From Candidatus Aenigmatarchaeota archaeon (GTDB lineage Archaea > Aenigmatarchaeota > Aenigmatarchaeia > GW2011-AR5): a stretch of DNA of 64,000 nucleotides. Made by a program: the position numbers and the translations under genes. Numbering within the stretch: the first letter of the stretch is position 1; the number at the start of each line of letters is the position of its first letter. Positions 47,356-56,401 of the stretch are shown one piece after another. The notes beneath the pieces are model-generated. The model was given only the letters and a program-made list of their open reading frames with translations, ran no database searches and was not told the DNA's origin. The stretch covers positions 211,111 to 275,110 of the forward strand of contig JACQID010000006.1 in the NCBI GenBank assembly GCA_016198685.1, in the 5' to 3' direction.

Positions 47356-47869
47356 ATGAATGAGAAGATTTTGTGGGAAGGCGTGCCTGACAAGAAGGCT
47401 GTCTTCGTCTGGACAACAAGGGCATCGTTCTGATATCTTTTATAGTAGGCATATTTCTTTTTCCGTTTACATTAGTGACTATAGTACTAGGTCCAGGAGC
47501 TTTTTGATAACATTTTTGGTTTTCACTGCCGCACCCGTGGTTTTCTTGACACTGATAGCATGGGGGCTTTGCTATGCGATAAGAAATACGTATCGGTATA
47601 AAATCACGGATAGGGGGGCGTATTTTTCTGGCGGGCTCGTGTTCAAGACAGAAAAAATGGTGCCGTTCTACAAAATCACCAACGTAATAATCACGCAAGG
47701 GCCGATACAGCGTATGTTTGGCGTCAGCAGCATCGGCGTGCAAACAGCAGGCACAGGAGGAGTAGCTATGCCGGAAATAACGTATAACGGTATTGTTACT
47801 ACAAAAAAGCCCTATGATATTCTGCTTTCGAAAATAGAACACATCCGAAAACGCAGCAGAGGCGGCTAA
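47356..47869 (+). pseudogene. Membrane bPH_2-domain protein interrupted by two -1 frameshifts
   Basis: MNEKILWEGVPDKK...ASF* (stop 47431-33), then a TM frame LISFIVGIFLFPFTLVTIVLGPGAF* (stop 47505-07), then the bPH_2 frame YRYKITD...VPFYKITNV..QGPIQRMFG. Confidence 0.7.
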
Positions 47870-49224
47870 TCTGTTATCCCGTGGCTCCTGCTGAGATGAA
47901 TCGTCAGGCCTTTCATGCTTTCAAACTGCTTTTTGCACCTGCCGCATGAATAAACTTCTGGAGGGCGTTCGGGCGTTTCTTTCCTGAAATCAATTTTCCT
48001 GAAGGGGTAGTTTATCGGGTTTTTCACGGTTATATGGTCGGTTCCGCCTTTGCAAGTAGCGTCCGGCTGGCATATGCCTATATCCTGGAAATAATGGACG
48101 TTGTCACAGTTGGGCGCAGTGCGCGCATTCTGCTGCGCCCAGCGAATCTGCGTCATTATCGTGTTTTGCGGAAGCGGAACGATTTTGTTCCATTCCATCA
48201 GCCGTGACTCTATCTCCTGCCAGTTCCAGTTGCACATGCGGAGGAAATTAATAAGCGTGAAAATGCTCCTTTTCCTGCCGTCCTTTATTCCAGCAAAGAT
48301 AAGCTTGATGCACGGTGGGAACATCTCTTCAGGAATCTTGTTTTCGTATGAACGTTTCTTCTCTTCCTTTTTCTTTTCAGGCTCTTTCTGGAGTGAAGAA
48401 TGCCAGTCCAGGGCGTCAAGAAGCAGCGATTCAGCCTCATTTTCCTGCCCGGCAAAGAACGGCTTTATCTTCACCCTGTCAGGTAACGCGTCTTCCTTCT
48501 TGAAAGAAGCGAGCTCGCCGTGGGCCAGCGGCACGGATGCAAGCCATGTTTTCTCATTCAGCGAATAGGGCGCCCGGAACATGTGGCGGTTGCCCCAGTT
48601 TCGTTCCACTTCAACGAAATAATATGGGCTTATTTCTGAGATTGGCTTGTCCAGAACATCCTGAAGATTTTTCATGCCGCCCTTTGATTTTATCAATTCG
48701 TGCATCAATTGTTGGGAAATCCTCTCGCAAATAAACTTGGAAACAATTCTGGGTATGTCAGGATACAATTCTTTAGTCTGCCGGAAATTAACCTGCTTTG
48801 GAAACATTATCCACGGCATGATGATATGGAAGCCTCGCCGCCCGGAAAATTTCGCGCCGTAGTTTTTAACGCCGTATTTTTCTATGAATTTTGCGATCAA
48901 TGCTGCAGTAAGCTGGGCTTCCTCAATGCCAAGTTTTGAATCAATGTCAAGAAGTAAATCCCATCCAGTGCGCAGGGACTGGTAGTTGTCTGTTGATTTG
49001 CCGAGCGCCATGGGATTTGCCCAATGCTCTACAGAATAATGAAAGGATACAACGCCTTTCTTCGCCATTTGCATGATATCAGAGGGAAATTGCACGATGT
49101 TGGGCCTCGCGTCATATTTGCCATCGATATGCGCTCCGGCGACTTCGCGGTAACTTGCATTCCTGACAAGCTCTTTTGCGATATCCTCGCGTGCATAATA
49201 CTCAAGAACCTCAAGGCGGTTCAT
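47866..49224 (-). CDS. pri: Fused PriS-PriL DNA primase with C-terminal C2H2 zinc finger
   Basis: DLLLDID, FSGRRGFHI, RAPYSLN (PriS); FPPC..PNC..C..C (PriL Fe-S); CGRC..H...H. Confidence 0.9.
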   Translation of the reverse strand: MNRLEVLEYYAREDIAKELVRNASYREVAGAHIDGKYDARPNIVQFPSDIMQMAKKGVVSFHYSVEHWANPMALGKSTDNYQSLRTGWDLLLDIDSKLGIEEAQLTAALIAKFIEKYGVKNYGAKFSGRRGFHIIMPWIMFPKQVNFRQTKELYPDIPRIVSKFICERISQQLMHELIKSKGGMKNLQDVLDKPISEISPYYFVEVERNWGNRHMFRAPYSLNEKTWLASVPLAHGELASFKKEDALPDRVKIKPFFAGQENEAESLLLDALDWHSSLQKEPEKKKEEKKRSYENKIPEEMFPPCIKLIFAGIKDGRKRSIFTLINFLRMCNWNWQEIESRLMEWNKIVPLPQNTIMTQIRWAQQNARTAPNCDNVHYFQDIGICQPDATCKGGTDHITVKNPINYPFRKIDFRKETPERPPEVYSCGRCKKQFESMKGLTIHLSRSHGITD

Positions 49225-49307
49225 GTGGTTATTATATGGCGATTTTATTAAAAATGGTAATAGAGCGCTATGAAAGACATTTAAATGGTATGTGCTTATC
49301 TATAATT

Positions 49308-49520
49308 ATGAAGACTTTCACGGCTATACTCTACAAAGAAGATAATGTATATGTAGCAGAATGTCCTGAAGTAGGCACGGCTAGCCAAGGAACGACTATA
49401 GAGGAAGCGTTAAAGAATCTCAAAGAGGCCACGGAACTGTATCTTGAAGAATTTCCTGCCGAAAAATCAGCGCATCCCATCTTGACTACTTTTGAGGTGG
49501 CTGAAGTTGCACAAGCTTAA
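49308..49520 (+). CDS. hicB: HicB-family antitoxin
   Basis: YVAECPEVGTASQGTTIEEALKNLKEA. Confidence 0.92.
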   Translation: MKTFTAILYKEDNVYVAECPEVGTASQGTTIEEALKNLKEATELYLEEFPAEKSAHPILTTFEVAEVAQA

Positions 49521-49725
49521 GCCGGTTTCCGGAAGCGAGTGCATCAAAATTCTTTGCAATAAATTCGGGTTCAAAGTCGTACGGCAAAGAGGAAGTCATG
49601 TAGTGTTGCGTAAAAACGGCGTCGGCACGGTAGTTCCCAATCATAAGGAGGTTAATTCCCGAACCCTCAAGTCTGTTCTTAAGCTGGCAAAAGTGAGCGA
49701 AGAGGAATTTGCGAAGCATTTATGA
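49507..49725 (+). CDS. hicA: HicA-family toxin (TTG start assumed)
   Basis: GFKVVRQRGSHVVL, VPNH. Confidence 0.92.
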   Translation: MHKLKPVSGSECIKILCNKFGFKVVRQRGSHVVLRKNGVGTVVPNHKEVNSRTLKSVLKLAKVSEEEFAKHL

Positions 49726-50394
49726 CAGGCGCTTCTTCACGGCATCGCTTTCGAGCTCTCTTAGCGCATTGGAAGCTATCCAGCTTGTCGTGGGCGTGTC
49801 TACAAGCTGTATGTCATGCGCCACTTGAACGGCCAGCTTGTTGAGATGGGCGTTTCTCTTTCCGATTTGTCTTAGCGCCCAGTTGACAGCTTTCTTGACA
49901 AAATTCCTGTCATCGCCGGACTGCTTTCGTATCGGGGCAAAGAACGCTTCCAGCTTCTTGTCATCGGCTTTCTTGTCATGAACTGCAAGATATGCCATCA
50001 GGGCGAATCCTGCGCGCTTGACAAACTCGTCTTTTCGCGAGCTCCAGTCAAAAGCCTTGTCATATGCAAGAGGGGTTTTTACCATAAGGTTGCCACAAAA
50101 ATGGTCGCCCACGTCCCATGAAGTGATTTCAGATACCCATCTTTCCATTTGCCTCTCTGTCATTTTTTCAGGCTCTGCCATCATGGTAGCAAGTATCCTT
50201 GCTTCGTGAACGCCGGTGTCCCAAAGACGGAGGGCAAGCATATGATTCTTGCCGAGCTCTTTGGCCATCTTTCTGATTAGAGGCACAGTGACACCGTATG
50301 CCTTCTCAGCGCGGATGCCAAAAGATGCCATGCTTGCGAGCACTTCCGGATGGGATATGTGCTTGAGCCTTCTAAGGACTTCTTGGGGTTCCAT
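49720..50394 (-). CDS. AlkD-like DNA alkylation repair enzyme
   Basis: YGVTVP, WDVGD, FVKRAG, FVKKAVNWALRQIGK. Confidence 0.88.
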   Translation of the reverse strand: MEPQEVLRRLKHISHPEVLASMASFGIRAEKAYGVTVPLIRKMAKELGKNHMLALRLWDTGVHEARILATMMAEPEKMTERQMERWVSEITSWDVGDHFCGNLMVKTPLAYDKAFDWSSRKDEFVKRAGFALMAYLAVHDKKADDKKLEAFFAPIRKQSGDDRNFVKKAVNWALRQIGKRNAHLNKLAVQVAHDIQLVDTPTTSWIASNALRELESDAVKKRLS

Positions 50395-50436
50395 GATTAA
50401 TAAGATCAATTGCAGCGTTTAAAAACCAGTCCGGGG

Positions 50437-50907
50437 CTAATTCTTATTATATAGGAATTCTATATCCCTGCGGAATTTCGCGGGAAGGTTTAGTTTTTCC
50501 TGTTCCAATCCTTCGAGTTTGGCTTGTAATTGTGCATGAAAAAATAAGTTCTCCTGCATGGGGAGTCGGAATCCCGGTTCCAATCCTTCGAGTTTGGCTT
50601 GTAATTGTGCAAGTTCGCCTTCAAGGGTTCCAGCTCGTGTGACGTATTCTTGGATTATAATTTGTTCGGCATGTTCGGGTTTAGCAGGCTTAAGACTTCT
50701 GGCATTTACAAAACTCTGGGGCATGCAATCATCGATAAACCGGACATATACGTCTTTACCGTCAATATATGGGATAGTTGGCGGAGAAGTGACTCTGGCG
50801 TAACATATTGCTTGCCAACCCGCCCCCCTTACGTTTATTCCGTATTCCACGAGATCTCCGGGGTGATAAGCAGGGCTCGGATTTTTGGACCAAAAGTTGA
50901 ACTTCAC
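50437..50907 (-). CDS. Hypothetical protein (SH3/Tudor-like N-terminus, C-terminal coiled coil with internal duplication)
   Basis: PGDLVEY...YVRF; AQLQAKLEGLE occurs twice. Confidence 0.65.
   Translation of the reverse strand: MKFNFWSKNPSPAYHPGDLVEYGINVRGAGWQAICYARVTSPPTIPYIDGKDVYVRFIDDCMPQSFVNARSLKPAKPEHAEQIIIQEYVTRAGTLEGELAQLQAKLEGLEPGFRLPMQENLFFHAQLQAKLEGLEQEKLNLPAKFRRDIEFLYNKN
50502..50611. repeat. Perfect 35-bp direct repeat flanking a 40-bp unique insert
   Basis: GTTCCAATCCTTCGAGTTTGGCTTGTAATTGTGCA at 50502-50536 and 50577-50611. Confidence 0.95.
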
Positions 50908-50909
50908 AA

Positions 50910-51365
50910 TTACTTCACCAAAAGCTTGGCGTCTTCTATGTTGTACTTCCAGTTGTCAGGAAGCTTGTCGTTTCTTGCGTAATACTTGCCCAAGCGCCTG
51001 ATTTTGCTTTCAAGAAGCTCAAGACCGTGCTTGGCCTTAGAGTCCTTCTTGTTGGAAGACATGTGCTTGTGAACATTGACAGCCTGAACCATGAGATTGT
51101 ACATGTCTTCAGGCACTCCCTTCGGCGTCTCGCCCATTGTCTTTGTTATTCGGAGCCCGAAATAGCGGACATCGGGTATGCCATATTGGTCCCTGAGAAT
51201 GAATCCTATCTCGCTGGAAGTCTTGCCTTCCTTGGCAAGCTTGACTATGAGCTTCTCGGTCTCCTTTCTGTCGTAAGCCAGCCATGACGGATTCATCTTT
51301 TTGGCAGGCTTCTTGGAGCCGTGTTTTCCATGTTTTCTCGAATGCATTCTTGCGATATTATTCAC
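50910..51365 (-). CDS. rps15: 30S ribosomal protein S15
   Basis: ARMHSRKHGKHGS, LRDQYGIPDV, ESKIRRL. Confidence 0.96.
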   Translation of the reverse strand: MNNIARMHSRKHGKHGSKKPAKKMNPSWLAYDRKETEKLIVKLAKEGKTSSEIGFILRDQYGIPDVRYFGLRITKTMGETPKGVPEDMYNLMVQAVNVHKHMSSNKKDSKAKHGLELLESKIRRLGKYYARNDKLPDNWKYNIEDAKLLVK

Positions 51366-51939
51366 CTTTTGAGTATCTGCGTCTTTTTTCTATTTTCAAT
51401 AATGTTTTAATAGCTTTCATCGCGCCTTCGTGGCGGCTTTCATAGCCGTGTTCGATGTCTAACCATGCCTTTTCACGGCCTAATGCCGTGAGGTTCTCCC
51501 TAAGAAGATAAAGATCGTTTGCCTTATCTTCATCACGCTGCGAGAAAAATGAGAGCCCGAAGTCTATAATATAGAGCTTTCCGCTTCCAATGAGCATGTT
51601 GCTTGTGGTCAGGTCTCCATGAATTATGCCAGCACTATGCAGCCTGCCTATGGCCTCACCAATAGCCATTGCCAAAGAAGGCGTAAGCTCGCAGTCCCTC
51701 ACTTTCTCGCCGTTTATCTTTTCGAGCGCAAGCGAGTACCGGGTTTCCTCGATTATCAAGGGCACATTAACGCCATGGCGCCTTGCTTCGCGCAATAACC
51801 GCGCTTCTGTAGCGGTTCTTTTGCTGCGAAGAAGCGAATCAAGGAGAGTAATACGATATCCTTTCCTGGCCCTCTCCTTGATTATGGCGCCGTCTTTTTC
51901 GTATACGATGGCTTCGGCCCCTGTAAACAGTTTTTTCAT
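51358..51939 (-). CDS. bud32: KEOPS kinase Bud32
   Basis: GAEA, RTATEAR, HGDLTTSN, IDFGL. Confidence 0.94.
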   Translation of the reverse strand: MKKLFTGAEAIVYEKDGAIIKERARKGYRITLLDSLLRSKRTATEARLLREARRHGVNVPLIIEETRYSLALEKINGEKVRDCELTPSLAMAIGEAIGRLHSAGIIHGDLTTSNMLIGSGKLYIIDFGLSFFSQRDEDKANDLYLLRENLTALGREKAWLDIEHGYESRHEGAMKAIKTLLKIEKRRRYSKGE

Positions 51940-51990
51940 GTATCTATAACGCGGGAAATTCTTTAATTGCTTTGGAGGGCATAATGGTTC

Positions 51991-52620
51991 ATGCACGGGA
52001 AGATAATGCTCGGTTTAAAAAAATCATATCCTTCTGCAAAAATAGCGCTCCGGCATGCAGGCCCGCTGCAGCTTCTGGTTGCTGTGATGCTTTCTGCGCA
52101 GTGCACTGACAAGATGGTAAACAAGGTCACGCCCGCGCTTTTCGAACGATATAGGAGCGCAAAAGATTTTGCTTCTGCCGATATAGAGGAAATGGAAGTC
52201 CTGATAAAAAGCACGGGGTTTTATCATGCCAAGGCACGCCACATAAAAGCAGCCTGCAAAATCATCGCTGAAAAATACAACGGGAAAGTTCCTGATAACA
52301 TGGAGGGGCTTTTGGAGCTTCCGGGCGTTGCAAGGAAAACTGCGAATATCGTGCTTTCAAATGCATACGGCAAGAACGAAGGCGTTGCCGTTGATACCCA
52401 TGTAAAGCGCCTCGCATTCCGTCTCGGCTTTACGGAAAGCACGAATCCGGAAAAAATAGAAAAAGATCTGATGGCAATGTTTCCGCAAAGCGAATGGAAT
52501 AAGGTCACTTATCTGTTGATAGAGCATGGGCGGGCAATCTGCAAGGCGCCGGTGCCGTTGTGTTCGCAGTGTTCAGTGAGCAGCTTCTGCCCTAAAGACG
52601 GGGTATCAAAAAGAAAATAG
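51991..52620 (+). CDS. nth: Endonuclease III
   Basis: LSAQCTD, LPGVARKTA, VDTH, C-x6-C-x2-C-x5-C. Confidence 0.96.
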   Translation: MHGKIMLGLKKSYPSAKIALRHAGPLQLLVAVMLSAQCTDKMVNKVTPALFERYRSAKDFASADIEEMEVLIKSTGFYHAKARHIKAACKIIAEKYNGKVPDNMEGLLELPGVARKTANIVLSNAYGKNEGVAVDTHVKRLAFRLGFTESTNPEKIEKDLMAMFPQSEWNKVTYLLIEHGRAICKAPVPLCSQCSVSSFCPKDGVSKRK

Positions 52621-52630
52621 ATAGATTTAA

Positions 52631-52654
52631 TAACAAAACGTAACATATCATAAC
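52631..52654 (+). promoter_or_regulatory. Three TAAC boxes at 10-bp spacing (candidate RHH operator)
   Basis: TAAC at 52631, 52641, 52651. Confidence 0.4.
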
Positions 52655-52667
52655 GGAAAGTGATGCG

Positions 52668-52814
52668 ATGGCCGTGGTCAGAATTGATGAGAAGCTGCTT
52701 AGGGAAGTGAAAAAATTAGTAGATGGCGACCGGAGCTACGAATACCCTTCTATTGCAGCTTTTGTGAACAAGGCAATATACGAGAAACTGAGGAAGAAAG
52801 ATGATAAGGCTTGA
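52668..52814 (+). CDS. Ribbon-helix-helix (CopG/Arc/MetJ-like) protein (not in ORF track)
   Basis: Hand translation MAVVRIDEKLLREVKKLVDGDRSYEYPSIAAFVNKAIYEKLRKKDDKA; overlaps smc start. Confidence 0.75.
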   Translation: MAVVRIDEKLLREVKKLVDGDRSYEYPSIAAFVNKAIYEKLRKKDDKA

Positions 52815-55230
52815 CAGGATAACGATGAACGGCTTCAAGAGCTTTGCAGGCAAGGTGACAATCCCCCTGCCGGAAGGCTTCAATGTGATTGCAGGGCCTA
52901 ACGGAAGCGGCAAAAGCAACACGATAGACGCGTTGATATTCATTCTAGGAACTACGTCCGCCCGGTCAATAAGGGCGCAAAAATTGGAGAGCCTGATATT
53001 CAATGGCGCCAAGGACAGAAAGCCTGCAGATTACTGCGAAGTCTCATTGTATCTTGACAACACCGGAGGCGACATACCGGGCGAGGACAAGGAAGTGAAG
53101 ATAAGCAGAAAGGTCAGTAGGAGCGGCGTAAGCTCTTATCATGTCAACGGCAAGCCTTACACAAGATCGAAAGTGCTGGAGATGCTGTCATTGGCCAAGC
53201 TTTCGTCTGACGGATTCAACATAATCATGCAAGGCGATGTCACTAAGATAATAGAGATGTCTCCCAAAGAGAGAAAGGGCGTAATAGATGAAATTTCCGG
53301 AATAGCGGAGTTCGATGACAAGAAAGAAAAATCGCAGAAAGAACTGCAGCATGTTGAAGAACGGGTAAGGGAGAACATGATAGTCATTTCAGAAAAGCAG
53401 CGCCTCGTGCAGCGCCTCAAGGCTGAAAAAGAGATTGCTGAAAAATACGTCAGTTTTAGCCAGGATCTGATAAAATCCAAGGCATCGCTGGCCAAAAAGA
53501 AGCATGAAAACACCCTTGAAAAAATCGAAAGCCTGGACAGGGAGATTGACGAGCAGTCCAAGAAATTCGAGGAAATGAGCGGGAAGTTTGAAGAAACCGA
53601 AAAGGAACAGCAAGACGCGGAGAATTCAATACGCTCAATAACAGATGAAATAATACAGAAATCGCGCAACTACGAGACATCCCGCAATGCCGACAGGCTG
53701 CAGTCCGAGATGCTCAGAAAGCGCGACAGGATAGACAACAACGAACGGGAGATAGTGCGCATGGAAAGTGCCACCTCGCATGAGGTGTCAAGTATCTCAG
53801 TCAAGGAAACTTTGCGCAGCGGCATAGATGGAATCATAGGCACTTTTTCATCGTTGATATCGGTTCCGGGCAAGTACTCGACCGCTCTTGAAGTCGCGAT
53901 AGGGCAGCATGCTGATGATGTAGTCGTGGAGAATGAAGACATTGCCGTTAAATGCATAAGATTTCTCAAGGAACGAAAGCTCGGGCGCGCAAGATTCCTG
54001 CCGCTTAATTCCATACATCCAAAGCCCGTCAGGGAATGCAGGGAAGCGGCGCACATGATGGAGATAACCAAATACGAGAAAAGATATTTCAACGTCATAG
54101 CCTATGTCCTCGGCGACACCGTTGCTGCAGAAAGCATAGACGAAGGCAAAAAAATAAAGGGTTTCCGTGTAGTCACGCTTGACGGCGACCTTGTCGAGAT
54201 GTCAAGGGCAATGATAGGCGGTTTCTATTCCAGAAAGAAGGGCACATCGAATTATTCCGACGAGATAAGGAAGCTTGAAGAAGAGAATGCTGCATTGGAT
54301 GAAGAAATGCGGGTCATGCGCGAGGAGCTTGAAAAACTCAAAGGAGAATTGGAAGCAGAAACGGATGAAGTTAAGAGCCTGCAGGACAGGAAGATCCTCC
54401 TTGAAAAAAGGCTCGATGAACTCAGGTCCGGCCGCGGTTCTCTTTATAATGAGAGAAGCGTAGTCCAGAGCAGCCTTAGCAGGATGAGAATAGAGAAAGC
54501 TCGGCTGGAAGCTGTCTTGGACAATGCTAAGCTTGACCTTCAGGAATACAGGAATGTCATGGAATTCTATGACCAGACCGAAGAGGAGCTGCAGGAAAGG
54601 GTCAGGCGATGCCAGATCGAAATAAACAAGCTGGGTATGGTTAACATGAAGGCAATTGAAGATTACAACGCCGTGGCAGTCGAGTTTGACATCATGAAAG
54701 AAAAGCTTGACAAGCTGCTCAAGGAAAAGGAGTCTGTCGTAAAAGTTGTCGAGGAAGTCGAGAAGAGAAGGCACGACAAATTCATGGAAACTTTCACTGA
54801 GATAAACAGGAACTACTCGCGAATATACACCGACCTTGTAGGCGGCTTCGGGCAGCTTCGTCTTGAGGAAGCGGAAAACATAGATTCCGGCCTGATGATA
54901 GAGGCATCGCCGGAAGGCAAGAAGATACTCAATCTGGATATCATGTCAGGGGGGGAAAAAACGCTCACATCACTTGCATTTCTGTTCTCGGTTATGGAGC
55001 ATTACGGGTCGCCATTTTACGTCCTGGATGAAATAGATGCCGCACTGGACAAGGCTAATACAAAGAAGATAGTAGAACTTGTCAAGAAATATTCCAAGTC
55101 CAAGCAGTTCATAGTGATATCGCACAATGATTTCACCATACAGGAAGCAGACAAGATATTCGGCGTGAGCATGGAGAATGGCGTATCCAAGGTCTTCAGC
55201 ATCAAGCTGCCCGGAGTTGCTGCAGAATGA
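52801..55230 (+). CDS. smc: Chromosome segregation ATPase SMC (short-armed)
   Basis: GPNGSGKSN, hinge GRARFLPL/VTLDGD, MSGGEKT, LDEIDAALD. Confidence 0.95.
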   Translation: MIRLDRITMNGFKSFAGKVTIPLPEGFNVIAGPNGSGKSNTIDALIFILGTTSARSIRAQKLESLIFNGAKDRKPADYCEVSLYLDNTGGDIPGEDKEVKISRKVSRSGVSSYHVNGKPYTRSKVLEMLSLAKLSSDGFNIIMQGDVTKIIEMSPKERKGVIDEISGIAEFDDKKEKSQKELQHVEERVRENMIVISEKQRLVQRLKAEKEIAEKYVSFSQDLIKSKASLAKKKHENTLEKIESLDREIDEQSKKFEEMSGKFEETEKEQQDAENSIRSITDEIIQKSRNYETSRNADRLQSEMLRKRDRIDNNEREIVRMESATSHEVSSISVKETLRSGIDGIIGTFSSLISVPGKYSTALEVAIGQHADDVVVENEDIAVKCIRFLKERKLGRARFLPLNSIHPKPVRECREAAHMMEITKYEKRYFNVIAYVLGDTVAAESIDEGKKIKGFRVVTLDGDLVEMSRAMIGGFYSRKKGTSNYSDEIRKLEEENAALDEEMRVMREELEKLKGELEAETDEVKSLQDRKILLEKRLDELRSGRGSLYNERSVVQSSLSRMRIEKARLEAVLDNAKLDLQEYRNVMEFYDQTEEELQERVRRCQIEINKLGMVNMKAIEDYNAVAVEFDIMKEKLDKLLKEKESVVKVVEEVEKRRHDKFMETFTEINRNYSRIYTDLVGGFGQLRLEEAENIDSGLMIEASPEGKKILNLDIMSGGEKTLTSLAFLFSVMEHYGSPFYVLDEIDAALDKANTKKIVELVKKYSKSKQFIVISHNDFTIQEADKIFGVSMENGVSKVFSIKLPGVAAE

Positions 55231-55904
55231 GTGGAATTGAGATAGACGAAGGCAAGCTGATAAGCACGATTATTGGAGGGCAGGACTGGCAGGAGGTTCT
55301 GACTACGATAGTCATGGACGAGGGGATGGATCCACTGAACATAGATATCTCGCGGCTTGCCGACAGCTTCATGGTGTACCTCGGGCGGCTGCGCGAATTT
55401 GACTTCCGCATTCCAGGCAGGTTCATACTCGTTGCGTCTATTCTTCTTCGAATGAAGTGCGAAGCCATGCTAGAACAGGAGATAAAGAAGGAGGAGATAG
55501 TAGGCGAAGAGATTCCGCCTCTCGACATAAGCAATGCGCCGCAGCTGCTGCCGCCCATGATGAGAAAATCCACGCGAAGCGTTACGCTTTCCGAGCTTGT
55601 GAGCGCGCTTAACAAGGCTTTTGAATTCCGCGAAAAGAAGGAAACAAAGAAGCTTACGCTAATGAGCAAAGTTGAGAATCTCATAGAGCCGGAAGAGGAT
55701 ATTGAAGACAGGATACTCCGCGTCATGGCCCGCATTGCTGCCAGAGGAGGCGAAATGGTCTTCCGCGACATAGTGCCGCGCTGGGACAGGAAGGAGATAG
55801 TCGAGGCTTTCATGCCGCTGTTGTATCTTGTCGCCCGCAACAAGATCTACTGTGAACAGGAAGAGATATTCGGCGACATAAAGATAAGGGTGATGCAGGC
55901 ATGA
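55227..55904 (+). CDS. scpA: Kleisin ScpA
   Basis: MDPLNIDISRLAD, ASILLRMK, FMPLLYL; 4-bp overlap with smc. Confidence 0.92.
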   Translation: MSGIEIDEGKLISTIIGGQDWQEVLTTIVMDEGMDPLNIDISRLADSFMVYLGRLREFDFRIPGRFILVASILLRMKCEAMLEQEIKKEEIVGEEIPPLDISNAPQLLPPMMRKSTRSVTLSELVSALNKAFEFREKKETKKLTLMSKVENLIEPEEDIEDRILRVMARIAARGGEMVFRDIVPRWDRKEIVEAFMPLLYLVARNKIYCEQEEIFGDIKIRVMQA

Positions 55905-56401
55905 GCAGGACCGGGCTTATAGAGGCTATGCTCTTCACAACCATGAATCCATTGACCCTTGAGGAACTTGAAAAAATGTCCAAGCTTGGAAAAAAGGATA
56001 TACTTGAGGCGATAGAGTCCCTGAAAAAGAAATATGAAGAGGAAGACCATGGCATAAGGCTTTTCGAAGCAGGCGGCTACAAGCTGGTTGTCAAGCAGGA
56101 ATACATGCAGAGCGTTTCAAATCTGACTCCGCATGCCGATCTTTCGCGCGGACTTCTGAGAGTCCTTTCTGTAATAGCCTACTATCAGCCAATATCGCAG
56201 GCTGACATAGTGAAGGTCATAGGAAACAGGACATATGAATACGTAAGAGAGCTTACGGCGCGAGGCTTCGTGAAAAAAGAGAAGAAATCCAGGACGCAGG
56301 CTCTCTCGACAACAAAGCACTTCGAGGATTACTTCGGCGCCCGCGCTGAAGAGATTAAAAAGATGGCTAAAGAGAAGGGAAGCGGAGAAGACGATGAATG
56401 A
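55901..56401 (+). CDS. scpB: ScpB
   Basis: IEAMLF, LSVIAYYQP, TTKHFEDYFG. Confidence 0.93.
   Translation: MSRTGLIEAMLFTTMNPLTLEELEKMSKLGKKDILEAIESLKKKYEEEDHGIRLFEAGGYKLVVKQEYMQSVSNLTPHADLSRGLLRVLSVIAYYQPISQADIVKVIGNRTYEYVRELTARGFVKKEKKSRTQALSTTKHFEDYFGARAEEIKKMAKEKGSGEDDE

Noticed and set aside
50502-50611. Calling this a functional CRISPR array
   Set aside because: Only two repeats, in-frame inside a CDS, with no leader or cas genes in the window; kept only as a hypothesis in findings
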